Assembly: GCA_964588995.1 (NCBI GenBank)
Contig: CAZPQM010000004.1
Span: 10,128 to 74,127 of the forward strand
DNA: 64,000 bases
Direction: 5' to 3'
From: an uncultured Rickettsiales bacterium
GTDB taxonomy: Bacteria > Pseudomonadota > Alphaproteobacteria > Rickettsiales > UBA8987
In this document: one piece after another, positions 29,422-38,727 of the stretch
How the letters are laid out: the number at the start of each line of letters is the position of its first letter
How positions within the stretch are numbered: position 1 is the stretch's first letter
Translations under genes and position numbers: made by a program
The notes under the pieces: model-generated
What the model was told of the DNA's origin: nothing
What the model saw: the letters and a program-made list of their open reading frames with translations, nothing else
Databases searched by the model: none

Positions 29422-30434
29422 GTCAGGATTTAACCACTTCCACCCTTCGCAGGCAGAATGTACTGAATAACAGATTTGCAATAGAGCATCTGGAGGGAGA
29501 TTTGCAACTTGGCGGCATCCGCTATCAGGGATTGCCTATTTTTACAAAAGCGCAAACGGCCAGCATTTTAGATGTCGATGAGCGTACGATTGACCGCTAT
29601 ATCAGCAGTAATAATGAAGAATTAGTGCGAAATGGCTACAAAATCCTTAAGGGGCAAGAGCTTAGAGATTTCAAAGAGTTACATGATGTCGACGACACAA
29701 ATGTCGTCGACATAGACCCCAAAGTCCCTCAACTTGGGGTGTTTAGCTTCAAGGGATTGATAAACCTGGCAATGTTACTCACCGAGAGTGATAAAGCTCG
29801 CCAAATTCGCTCGCGCATCCTTGATGTGGTCATTCAGGTGATTACCCACAAAACAGGTGACACCACCTATATCAACCAAAACGATGAAGATTATTTGCCA
29901 GCGGCCTTTCAGGAAGAAAACTACCGCAAAACCTTTACAGATGCGATTGATCATTACATTGATATTGATCGCGGTTGGAAATATGGAAAATACACCAACC
30001 TGATCTATAAAGCGATTTTTGAAGAGGATGCCAAAGAATACCGCCAGATATTAAAGCTGAAAGAAAAAGACAGCATCCGCGATACATTTTATGCCGAGGT
30101 ATTGGATTTAATAGCTGCTTTTGAGACTGGCTATGGCGAAGCGTTAGAGAGAGAAAGCGCAAAACTAGAGCGCAAGCTCACAGTTTCAGAAGCCGATAGC
30201 CTGTTCAAATCCTTTGCAGCACAGGCGGCATTCAGGCCACTTATCACCAAAGCCAAAACCATCATGGCCAGCCGTGATTATAGCTTGCGCGATGCCATCC
30301 ACGACAAGCTGGAAGCCTATATCCAGGCCATGCCAGAAGCCGATTATGAACGCTTCTTGGGCGAGAAAAGCAAGGCGCTGGAAGAACGCATACAAGAATC
30401 CCTTGAAGTCTATAAACGCTTGAGGGATCGCTAA
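29418..30434 (+). CDS. Uncharacterised DNA-binding-type protein, partner of the Doc gene
   Basis: 338 aa; HTH-like FTKAQTASILDVDERTIDRYI; ATGA overlap with hsdM and TAATG overlap with doc. Confidence 0.75.
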   Translation: MSQDLTTSTLRRQNVLNNRFAIEHLEGDLQLGGIRYQGLPIFTKAQTASILDVDERTIDRYISSNNEELVRNGYKILKGQELRDFKELHDVDDTNVVDIDPKVPQLGVFSFKGLINLAMLLTESDKARQIRSRILDVVIQVITHKTGDTTYINQNDEDYLPAAFQEENYRKTFTDAIDHYIDIDRGWKYGKYTNLIYKAIFEEDAKEYRQILKLKEKDSIRDTFYAEVLDLIAAFETGYGEALERESAKLERKLTVSEADSLFKSFAAQAAFRPLITKAKTIMASRDYSLRDAIHDKLEAYIQAMPEADYERFLGEKSKALEERIQESLEVYKRLRDR

Positions 30435-31027
30435 TGGCAGACATCACATATCATTATTTCACTGCCGAACACGCCATCAAAGAGCATCAATATATCATTG
30501 AGCAATCGGGCGGCCTGCCAGGGGTAAAAAATGTCGGCATGCTGGAAAGTGTGCTGCACCACATTCAGGATGATCGTTTTTATCCGGAGATGATTGATAA
30601 AATCACCCATTTGGTGTTTGGCATTAACAAAAACCATGCCTTTAACGATGGCAATAAGCGTGCGAGCATTGCGCTTTCATCTTTTTTTCTGGAGCTAAAC
30701 GGGCATGATTTTGCGCTACGGCAATATCAACACGGCATGGAAGAACCTGCCGTATGGCTGGCCAGCAGCCTGATTGATCGGGAAACGCTGAAAGAGATCA
30801 TCACCTTTTTGATTTATGATGACGCATATCACATCGCCCACTTTATTGAGCAGGCAAAGCTGTATCGCCAGCCGATAGAACAGAACCTGATAGGTAAAAC
30901 GCTGCTCACACAAATGGTAGCGCAGTGGCTGGGTGAAGACATGGAATTAAGCGAAGCCACCAAACTGGCCGTGCTGGAAGCTATCGCACCAGAAGAGTTC
31001 GGCACGAATGCGGAGTATAACGCATGA
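30434..31027 (+). CDS. Death-on-curing (Fic/Doc) family protein
   Basis: HAFNDGNKR Doc-type motif. Confidence 0.9.
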   Translation: MADITYHYFTAEHAIKEHQYIIEQSGGLPGVKNVGMLESVLHHIQDDRFYPEMIDKITHLVFGINKNHAFNDGNKRASIALSSFFLELNGHDFALRQYQHGMEEPAVWLASSLIDRETLKEIITFLIYDDAYHIAHFIEQAKLYRQPIEQNLIGKTLLTQMVAQWLGEDMELSEATKLAVLEAIAPEEFGTNAEYNA

Positions 31028-32301
31028 CCTATCCCGCATATAAGAAATATAAACCAAGCGGCGTGCCATGGCTGGGCGATGTGCCAGAGGGGTGGGAGGT
31101 GAAACCTCTTAAGCATCTTGTTCGATATAATTCAGAGAGCTTACCTGAAACTACCGACCCTGATTTAGGTATAAAATACGTTGATATATCCAGCGTTAAT
31201 CTCATCGAAGGCATTACTAACATTGAGGATTTTGAGTTTGAGAAAGCTCCATCTCGTGCGCGGCGAATTGTAAGAGATGGTGATACTATCGTTTCTACCG
31301 TGAGAACATACCTCAAAGCAATTGCCGCTATTCGTAACCCTGAGAAAAATCTTATTGTATCAACTGGTTTTGCAGTCATAAGGCCAGAACAGATAATCAA
31401 TCCTGACTATCTTGGTTATTATTTGCAAAGTGAAGGTTTTATTGGTGAGGTTGTATCAAAATCCGTTGGGGTTAGTTACCCAGCAATTAACGCAAGTGAC
31501 CTTGTTGGGATAGAAGGTTTACTACCCCTGCCTGCAGAACAAAAAGCGATTGCAGATTTTCTGGATAAGAAGACGGCGGAGATTGATGCGCTGGTGGCGA
31601 AGAAGCAAGAGCTTTTGGCGCTGCTGGCCGAACAGCGCACCGCACTCATTACCCACGCCGTCACCAAAGGCCTAAACGCTAAAGCCCCCATGAAAGATTC
31701 CGGCATCGACTGGCTCGGCCACATCCCCCAGCATTGGGAGGTGAAACGGTTAAAGTTCGCAGTTCGTTTGGTAAATGACAAGGTGGAAGCCTCTAGCGTT
31801 GACCTAGCTTACATGGGGCTTGAACAAATTGAGTCATGGACTGGTAAGCGCATTCCCAACGAGGAGGCCATAAGCGAAGGCGTTGTTAATGTGTTTAAAC
31901 CAAATGACGTCCTGTTTGGAAAGCTGCGCCCATATTTAGCAAAAGTTTATTTAGCAGTTGAAGAAGCAACATGTTCTACGGAGGCATTTGTAATGCGACC
32001 GGCTAAACAGCTTCTTCCAGACTTCCTTCAGCTTTACATGCTTACTGATAAATTTATCAACGCCGTTGATGCCACTACTTATGGTGCAAAGATGCCAAGA
32101 GCAAATTGGGAATCGGTTGGTAATTTGATGATGCTTTTGCCTCCATTAGAAGAGCAAAAAGCAATTGTTAGTCATATCCGCAAAAATGTTGGTCGAATTG
32201 AAGCTGTGAGCAGCAATGTTCAAGAAGTCATCGATCGCCTAAAAGAATACCGCACCGCCCTCATCACCAACGCCGTAACCGGCAAAATAAAGGTGGTGTG
32301 A
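31024..32301 (+). CDS. hsdS: Type I R-M specificity subunit
   Basis: Two TRDs with SGVPWLGDVP/SGIDWLGHIP and EQKAI...RTALIT.AVT repeats. Confidence 0.95.
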   Translation: MTYPAYKKYKPSGVPWLGDVPEGWEVKPLKHLVRYNSESLPETTDPDLGIKYVDISSVNLIEGITNIEDFEFEKAPSRARRIVRDGDTIVSTVRTYLKAIAAIRNPEKNLIVSTGFAVIRPEQIINPDYLGYYLQSEGFIGEVVSKSVGVSYPAINASDLVGIEGLLPLPAEQKAIADFLDKKTAEIDALVAKKQELLALLAEQRTALITHAVTKGLNAKAPMKDSGIDWLGHIPQHWEVKRLKFAVRLVNDKVEASSVDLAYMGLEQIESWTGKRIPNEEAISEGVVNVFKPNDVLFGKLRPYLAKVYLAVEEATCSTEAFVMRPAKQLLPDFLQLYMLTDKFINAVDATTYGAKMPRANWESVGNLMMLLPPLEEQKAIVSHIRKNVGRIEAVSSNVQEVIDRLKEYRTALITNAVTGKIKVV

Positions 32302-32302
32302 T

Positions 32303-32914
32303 ATGACAATAAACGCGGATGGATACCTCAATCACCTAAAAAGCTATTTAAACCTAGCAAAATACGGGCAAACTTGCACTGTAAAAGAAAGTCTAGAGCT
32401 GTCGGAAAATCAGCTGATGCTATCGGAAAAAATTGAGGGAACCAGCAGACGAAGAAAGGTTATCTTAAACTACAAAGGTACAGTATTGGCTATTAAACTA
32501 GATCAAGGTAATGACCCTCTTTATCACTTCCTTGTCGCAAACGAAGGTCATCTGTGGGCAAGAAGATGTGACTTTGTCATTTTCCAAGCCATAAAGTCGA
32601 AGTTACACGTTTACTGCATTGAATTCAAAGAAGCATCCACGGGCATTCCCGTTGATAATGTGATGTTGCAGCTCAAATCTTCAGAAGCGTGGTGCATGAG
32701 TTTAAACAAGATAATTGCCGCATATGTTGGCGAGACTAAGAAAATGACTCTTTCTAAGTATGTCGTCACCGCTCGAGAAGCTCCCGCTCCTGAACTCGAT
32801 GATGGCAACCAATACCTACGGAAGTACCCATCTATTAGGCATTACAACTTTGATGAGATTAATAACAAAAACCTTGAAGATTTTAAAAATTCTTCAACCA
32901 AGACAATTAACTAA
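32303..32914 (+). CDS. Hypothetical protein with PD-(D/E)xK-like motif
   Basis: RRCDFVIF...YCIEFK...QL. Confidence 0.65.
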   Translation: MTINADGYLNHLKSYLNLAKYGQTCTVKESLELSENQLMLSEKIEGTSRRRKVILNYKGTVLAIKLDQGNDPLYHFLVANEGHLWARRCDFVIFQAIKSKLHVYCIEFKEASTGIPVDNVMLQLKSSEAWCMSLNKIIAAYVGETKKMTLSKYVVTAREAPAPELDDGNQYLRKYPSIRHYNFDEINNKNLEDFKNSSTKTIN

Positions 32915-32922
32915 GGCAAGGC

Positions 32923-33921
32923 ATGAACCCATACGGCTCCTATCGCAAACTTCTTGACAACAGTAAGCAGGCTATGCTTGCTGCGATTGAGATTTATAAT
33001 AAGCCGCAGTTTGATTACCGAGAAGAAGTGTTTTCTATCTTGCTTATCAACGCGTGGGAGCTGTTGTTGCTTGGCGTGTTATCAAAAAATCGTCAGCGCA
33101 TATTCCAGCCTAAAAAGCGTGACAAAGATTATCAAACCTGGATGTTCTCTGAATCAATCGGCAAGGTAAAGCCTTATTTCCCTACGGATATGGATTATCA
33201 GGCAGTTGCTGAGAACCTCCACCTCATTCGGGAGTATCGCAACAAAGCCGCGCACTACTACAATCAGGAAGAAACAGCCCATTGCATTTATGTCCTTGCC
33301 CAAGCCGCCATCAAAAACTATCGAGATTTGGTAAAGGCGATTTTTGATCAGGATATTGTTAATCAGATTAACCTTGTTCTACTACCACTTAGCTTTAATG
33401 AGCAGCCAGATTTTGTTGAGTTCTTCAAAGGTGTGAAGAAGGAAAATCGCAGCCCTTTTGCTCAGGAGCTGTTCAGGGTCATGGAGGAGTTTGAGGGAAC
33501 GTCATCCGATACCAGCCGTTTAGTAACCCAATGCGTGATTAAATTGGAAAGCACGAAAAAAATTGAGCTTGCGAACATCATTGCTGGGGTTGGTGGTGTT
33601 CAGGCTCCAAATACCTTGCTAATCCATAAAAACTTGAACCCTGATGACTCTCACCCATTCTTCAGAAAAGACGTTATTGGATACCGAGATACACCAAAAC
33701 ATAAGAGTCTGAAAAAGAACATAACGGCGTACCAGTTCGGTGCTATCTGCTGGAAGTATCAGCTCAAGAAAGACCCAAAATATTGTTGGGCATCGGCTAA
33801 GGGCGGCTCACCTCGCTACTCACAGAAAATTTTTGAATTTCTGAACTCCCTAAGCGCGGAAGACATAAATCAAGCAATTCAGGATTATAAATCAAAAGAC
33901 AAGAAAAAGGCGGCAGTATGA
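32923..33921 (+). CDS. DUF3644-family protein with HEPN-like RX4H motif
   Basis: AMLAAIEIYNKP..YREEVFSILLINAWELLL; YRNKAAHY. Confidence 0.8.
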   Translation: MNPYGSYRKLLDNSKQAMLAAIEIYNKPQFDYREEVFSILLINAWELLLLGVLSKNRQRIFQPKKRDKDYQTWMFSESIGKVKPYFPTDMDYQAVAENLHLIREYRNKAAHYYNQEETAHCIYVLAQAAIKNYRDLVKAIFDQDIVNQINLVLLPLSFNEQPDFVEFFKGVKKENRSPFAQELFRVMEEFEGTSSDTSRLVTQCVIKLESTKKIELANIIAGVGGVQAPNTLLIHKNLNPDDSHPFFRKDVIGYRDTPKHKSLKKNITAYQFGAICWKYQLKKDPKYCWASAKGGSPRYSQKIFEFLNSLSAEDINQAIQDYKSKDKKKAAV

Positions 33922-36900
33922 GTAAACACACCGAAATCCGATTTGAAGAAGCCATTGAGCAACATTTGGTGGAGCATGGCGGTTACGCATGCGGCAACCC
34001 TAAGACGTATGACCCAGAGCGTGCGCTTTTTCCTCTCGATGTGATTGCGTTTATTGAAGCCACCCAGCCCAAAAACTGGAAGTCTCTGAGTGATTTACAC
34101 GGCGACCGCGCCACTGATACGCTGATGGATTCTTTGTGCAAAGAGCTTGCCTCCAAAGGCTCACTCAATGTGCTGCGCCATGGGTTTAAATGTTTCGGCA
34201 AAACCTATCGGCTGGCGCATTTTTCGCCCAATAGCGGCCTGAACCAAGAGGCGTGGGATGATTATGCCAAGAACAAGCTGACAGTCACACGTCAGGTACG
34301 CTTTGACCCGAAAGACCAAACGCAATCCATCGATGTGGTACTTTCGGTCAATGGCCTGCCCGTGGTGACGTTGGAGCTGAAAAACCCGATGACTAACCAG
34401 AATGTGGAGCATGCGAAATATCAATATCGCATCGACCGCAATCCACGTTGCCCGCTTTTCCGCTTTAAGGAACGTGCGCTGGTGCATTTCGCCGTTGATC
34501 CTGATCTGGCATTCATGACCACCAAGCTGGCAGGCAAAAGCACCTTCTTCCTGCCGTTTAACCGTGGCAATGGCCATGGCAAAGGCAACCCACCGGTGGA
34601 GGGCAATTACCGCACCGCTTATTTGTGGGAAGAAGTGCTGATGAAAGATAGCCTGATGGATATCCTCGCTCGCTTCCTGCATTTGCAGGTGGAGGAAAAA
34701 GAGGTGGTGACTGAACGTGGCATTAAGAAAACCAAGAAAGAAACCATGATCTTCCCGCGCTATCATCAGCTGGATGCGGTGCGTAGCCTGATTGCAGATG
34801 CAAAAGGAAAAGGCTCAGGGCATAATTACCTGATTCAACATTCGGCAGGATCGGGTAAATCTAACTCCATCGCATGGCTCGCGCATCGTTTAGCCAGCCT
34901 GCATGACGCAGCAGATAAAAAGGTGTTTGATACGGTGGTGGTGATCACCGATCGCCGCGTGCTGGATCAGCAACTGCAAAACACCATCTATCAGTTTGAG
35001 CATAAGCAAGGCGTGGTGGAGAAGATTGAAGAGAATACACAGCAGCTTGCAAAGGCACTGTCTGGCGGTGTGCCCATTATTATTTCAACTATCCAGAAGT
35101 TTCCATTCATCGCGCAGGCACTCGATACGCTGGAGAAAAAAGGCGAAGGCGTGGATATTGATACCAGCAATCGCCGTTTTGCGGTGATTGTGGATGAAGC
35201 GCATAGCTCGCAAAGTGGTGAAACCGCTATGGAGCTGCGGAAAGTGCTGAACAAGGAAGGCATCGCATCCACCATCGCAGAACAGATGATGGATGATCTG
35301 CATGAGGATAATTTATCGGAAGAAGCCAAGCAGGAAATGATGAAGGATATACTGAAGCGTCCACGTCAGCCGAATATCAGCTTCTTTGCTTTCACTGCCA
35401 CTCCCAAATTTAAGACGCTGGCGGTATTTAATGAGCCTGGCAAGAACGGTAAGTCACCATTCCATCATTACAGCATGCGCCAAGCCATCGAAGAAGGCTT
35501 TATTATGGATGTGCTGGCCAATTACACGACCTACAAAACCTATTACGGCCTGATTAAGTCCATTGAAGATGATCCGGAAGTGCCAAAGAAAAAAGCCGCG
35601 AAGCAGCTCGCCCGCTTCATGAGCCTGCATCCGCATAATATCGCACAGAAGGTAGAAATTATAACTGAGCATTTCCGCACGCACACGCGCCATAAGATTG
35701 GCGGTCGTGCTAAGGCGATCGTGGTGACTGGCTCGCGCCTGCATGCCGTACGCTATAAGTTGGCATTTGATAAATACATTTCGGAAAAAGGCTACAAAGG
35801 ATTAAAAGCTTTAGTCGCATTCTCAGGCTCGGTGACTGATCCTGAATTTCCCGATAAGCAATATACTGAAGTGTGCATGAATGACGGCATTAAGGAATCT
35901 GAGTTGCCGGATAAATTTGCCAGTGAGAAATATCAGCTGCTTTTGGTTGCTGAGAAATATCAAACGGGCTTTGACCAGCCATTGCTTCACTCCATGTATG
36001 TTGATAAGCGTCTCTCTGGCATTCAGGCGGTGCAGACACTTTCTCGCCTGAACCGTACTGCATCAGGCAAAGAAGATACATTTGTGCTGGATTTTGTGAA
36101 TGAGCGTGATGAAATTTATACCTCTTTCAAGGATTATTACGAAGTTACGGATATGGGGGAAATGGCTGACCCACATCAGCTCTATGATTTACAGCATCGC
36201 ATTGAAGAATGGCAGGCATTTACCCAGCAAGAGGTGGATGCGCTATGCGAAATCTGGTTCAAAAACCGAAAAGAGCCAACACCAGCTGACCACAAACATA
36301 TGAATGCTACGCTTGATGCTGCAGTGGAGCGATATAATGCATTTGAAGATGAGGATAAGGAGCTTTTCCGTGGGCAGATCATCAGTTTCCGTAATTTATA
36401 CGCCTTCCTTTCGCAGGTCATTCCTTATCAGGACTCAGAACTTGAAAAACTCTATACATACCTGCGCTTCCTGCTTTCTAAGTTGCCGCGCCGCGCTGAT
36501 GGCCCAGGTTATCAGTTAGAAGATGAAGTAGACCTGCAATATTATCGCCTACAGAAAATTAGTGAGGGCTCAATTGACTTAAGCAAAGGTGAGCCTGAAC
36601 CGCTTAAAGGCCCCACCGAGGTTGGCACCAAAAGTTCTACCGATGAGAAAGTGCAGTTGTCGCTACTGGTCGATAAGCTCAATGACCGCTTTGGAACAGA
36701 ATTTAGTAAGGCAGATGAGCTTTTCTTTGATCAGGTGACTGAGACGGCAATGTTAAATGACAAATTGCGTGAGGCCGCAAAAGCAAACTCATTGGAAAAC
36801 TTCAATCCCGTTTTTGAAAAAATGCTTGAAGGACTTTTCATCGAGCGGATGGAAGGCAACGAAGAGATATTCACCAAGTTGATGAATGATGACCAGTTTA

Positions 36901-36965
36901 GAGACATTGCGGCAGGATATTTGGTGAAAGAGGTTTATAGCCGCATAAGAGATAGGTCGGAATGA
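33918..36965 (+). CDS. hsdR: Type I R-M restriction subunit
   Basis: D...ELK nuclease motif, HSAGSGKS, DEAHSSQ, FTATPK, QTLSRLNR. Confidence 0.96.
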   Translation: MSKHTEIRFEEAIEQHLVEHGGYACGNPKTYDPERALFPLDVIAFIEATQPKNWKSLSDLHGDRATDTLMDSLCKELASKGSLNVLRHGFKCFGKTYRLAHFSPNSGLNQEAWDDYAKNKLTVTRQVRFDPKDQTQSIDVVLSVNGLPVVTLELKNPMTNQNVEHAKYQYRIDRNPRCPLFRFKERALVHFAVDPDLAFMTTKLAGKSTFFLPFNRGNGHGKGNPPVEGNYRTAYLWEEVLMKDSLMDILARFLHLQVEEKEVVTERGIKKTKKETMIFPRYHQLDAVRSLIADAKGKGSGHNYLIQHSAGSGKSNSIAWLAHRLASLHDAADKKVFDTVVVITDRRVLDQQLQNTIYQFEHKQGVVEKIEENTQQLAKALSGGVPIIISTIQKFPFIAQALDTLEKKGEGVDIDTSNRRFAVIVDEAHSSQSGETAMELRKVLNKEGIASTIAEQMMDDLHEDNLSEEAKQEMMKDILKRPRQPNISFFAFTATPKFKTLAVFNEPGKNGKSPFHHYSMRQAIEEGFIMDVLANYTTYKTYYGLIKSIEDDPEVPKKKAAKQLARFMSLHPHNIAQKVEIITEHFRTHTRHKIGGRAKAIVVTGSRLHAVRYKLAFDKYISEKGYKGLKALVAFSGSVTDPEFPDKQYTEVCMNDGIKESELPDKFASEKYQLLLVAEKYQTGFDQPLLHSMYVDKRLSGIQAVQTLSRLNRTASGKEDTFVLDFVNERDEIYTSFKDYYEVTDMGEMADPHQLYDLQHRIEEWQAFTQQEVDALCEIWFKNRKEPTPADHKHMNATLDAAVERYNAFEDEDKELFRGQIISFRNLYAFLSQVIPYQDSELEKLYTYLRFLLSKLPRRADGPGYQLEDEVDLQYYRLQKISEGSIDLSKGEPEPLKGPTEVGTKSSTDEKVQLSLLVDKLNDRFGTEFSKADELFFDQVTETAMLNDKLREAAKANSLENFNPVFEKMLEGLFIERMEGNEEIFTKLMNDDQFRDIAAGYLVKEVYSRIRDRSE

Positions 36966-37194
36966 GTTTTTTGGAAATTACAGCGGGATGATATAGCCAA
37001 ACCTGGAGATGCCGATTTACGAGCTTTGGTCGGTTTATTTTGTGAAGCTGATTTCCGAGCGGCAGATATTTCTAGAGCGGGAATATTATGAAGAGGTCAT
37101 CAGGATGCTAACGATAGTGGTCTTGATGTTGATGTGCGCGGTCAGCAAACACTTTTTAATCCGCTTGATGATGACAGCAGAGGATTTGTCGTAA
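36962..37194 (+). pseudogene. Remnant N-terminus of a REase-fold defence-type gene
   Basis: ATGA overlap with hsdR; MSFLEITA, one extra base, then DDIAKPGDADLRALVGLFCEADFRAADISRAGIL*RGHQDANDSGLDVDV. Confidence 0.6.
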
Positions 37195-37329
37195 GTGCTG
37201 TCAATAGTAGGGGGTATGTTTTGTATGCAAGTGCCACGACAAGGTGTCGTTGTAACCTCATTGAATCAAGTAAACATTGCATATACAAGTAATTTTGCTT
37301 TTATAGTAACATAAAATTGATAACGGGAG

Positions 37330-38121
37330 ATGTTCATGAGTGCGGCAAAGACGATTCGTGATGGTAGTCTAGGCAAAAAATCACTAAGGCTGGTTGAAAT
37401 GAACAACATGTTTTTTGGTCTCGCCGATGGTAAGCTCTGTGTTGAAGGCAACAATGCTGATCAGGTGTGGCAACAACTTCATACTGAGGCGGGCAAATCT
37501 AGCGCCAATTATTTTGGCTTTGATGGTGCAATCAGCCGCTTTTTATCGTTCTTCCCTGATGGTTTTCACTCGGAGAGTTATGAAGAGCACGAAAGAAACT
37601 ACAAGCTGGCAGCCAAAGAAAAGCTCGATTCACTAGCTCCGCTACAAAAGGCGCTTACAGAAAACGGACTTGCGGAGGCTATTTTATCTGTTTATCGGTC
37701 CACCAATATGCTTTCGCCGTACGAAAAAACCTGGCTACAAGATGTTTTGCGCGGTGACAATGCCGATGCAGTGATTCGTGCTATAGCCGCTTTTACTCAA
37801 AACGCTAATCGACAAACTCTCGCGCACTTAGAGGCAAAATTGAAACCGCATGATTGTGCTAAATGGACGATTGTGACCTATCTACCTTATCTATGGCAAC
37901 CAGAGTGCCACATGTTTCTCAAGCCTAACGTCACCAAAGATTTCGCGGATCGTGTTGGTCATCCTTTTGCAGCACTCTATGAGGCAGGTCTTAACTTCGA
38001 TGTCTATGCAAGCCTTTTAGATATGGTATCTCGAACCAATCAAGAGATTAAAAAACTTGGGCCTCGAGATAACATTGATGTGCAAAGCTTCATTTGGATA
38101 GTTGGAATTTATCAAAAGTGA
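37330..38121 (+). CDS. Hypothetical protein
   Basis: 263 aa with SD; AKWTIVTY...FLKP...DNIDVQSFIW. Confidence 0.7.
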   Translation: MFMSAAKTIRDGSLGKKSLRLVEMNNMFFGLADGKLCVEGNNADQVWQQLHTEAGKSSANYFGFDGAISRFLSFFPDGFHSESYEEHERNYKLAAKEKLDSLAPLQKALTENGLAEAILSVYRSTNMLSPYEKTWLQDVLRGDNADAVIRAIAAFTQNANRQTLAHLEAKLKPHDCAKWTIVTYLPYLWQPECHMFLKPNVTKDFADRVGHPFAALYEAGLNFDVYASLLDMVSRTNQEIKKLGPRDNIDVQSFIWIVGIYQK

Positions 38122-38144
38122 TTGGCGCCTGAGGCAATGCGAGG

Positions 38145-38423
38145 AACGACCCTACCTTCCTGATGGCAGATGTAGAAGTGGTGGCTACCTACAAGCTATC
38201 TAACATCAACCGTGTGAAGTTAGAAAAGCTGATCCACCGATTCTTTGAATCAGCAAAGCTGAATATCGAAATCAAAGACCGCTTTGGAAAACCTATCATG
38301 CCCCGTGAGTGGTTTCTTTTACCGCTTGATGTAATCGATGAGCTGGTTGGTAAAATTCAGGCTAATCAGCTGGCAGATTATTACTATGATGCAAGCCGCG
38401 CATCATTCCGCCCCCAAGTATAG
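38145..38423 (+). pseudogene. C-terminal fragment of a GIY-YIG/T5orf172(MUG113)-like nuclease
   Basis: NDPTFLMADVEVVATY...KLEKLIHRFF...PREWF; N-terminal part missing. Confidence 0.65.
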
Positions 38424-38491
38424 GTTTTCCAAAGCAAACTATAAATTAGACTTTATATAATGGTCTGAAAATAGTAGTGTGGTTCTAGCTA

Positions 38492-38513
38492 TGGGGGCAA
38501 CTCTGGGGGCAAC
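38492..38513. repeat. Integrase arm-type sites, right end
   Basis: TGGGGGCAAC at 38492 and 38504, same 12-bp period as at the left end. Confidence 0.75.
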
Positions 38514-38727
38514 ACTAAATTCGGATCATTCAGCTTTCTATTTATATCAGTTGTTTAAATGAATGATTTCCTTCCCACCGGAGCACCATCCCACGCACCA
38601 TCGCACGATTTCAGCTTGATGCAGATGATGGCACCATCATGTAATTTTAGCCACGTTTTTGCGAGTCAGGTAGTATATCCTTAGCGTTAGCTAAGCGTTG
38701 TAATTCTTTTTTTTCAACTTGCTGCGG

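Larger units (their letters stand above)
23181..38590 (+). mobile_element. tRNA-Leu-integrated genomic island (~15.4 kb) with P4-type integrase, AlpA and defence cargo
   Basis: attL ttcccaccggaggcaccatc (23181-23200), attR ttcccaccggagcaccatc (38572-38590), integrase next to tRNA, AT-richer composition. Confidence 0.92.

Noticed and set aside
37009-37194. 61-aa ORF after hsdR
   Set aside because: An alternative interrupted frame coupled to the hsdR stop explains the region better
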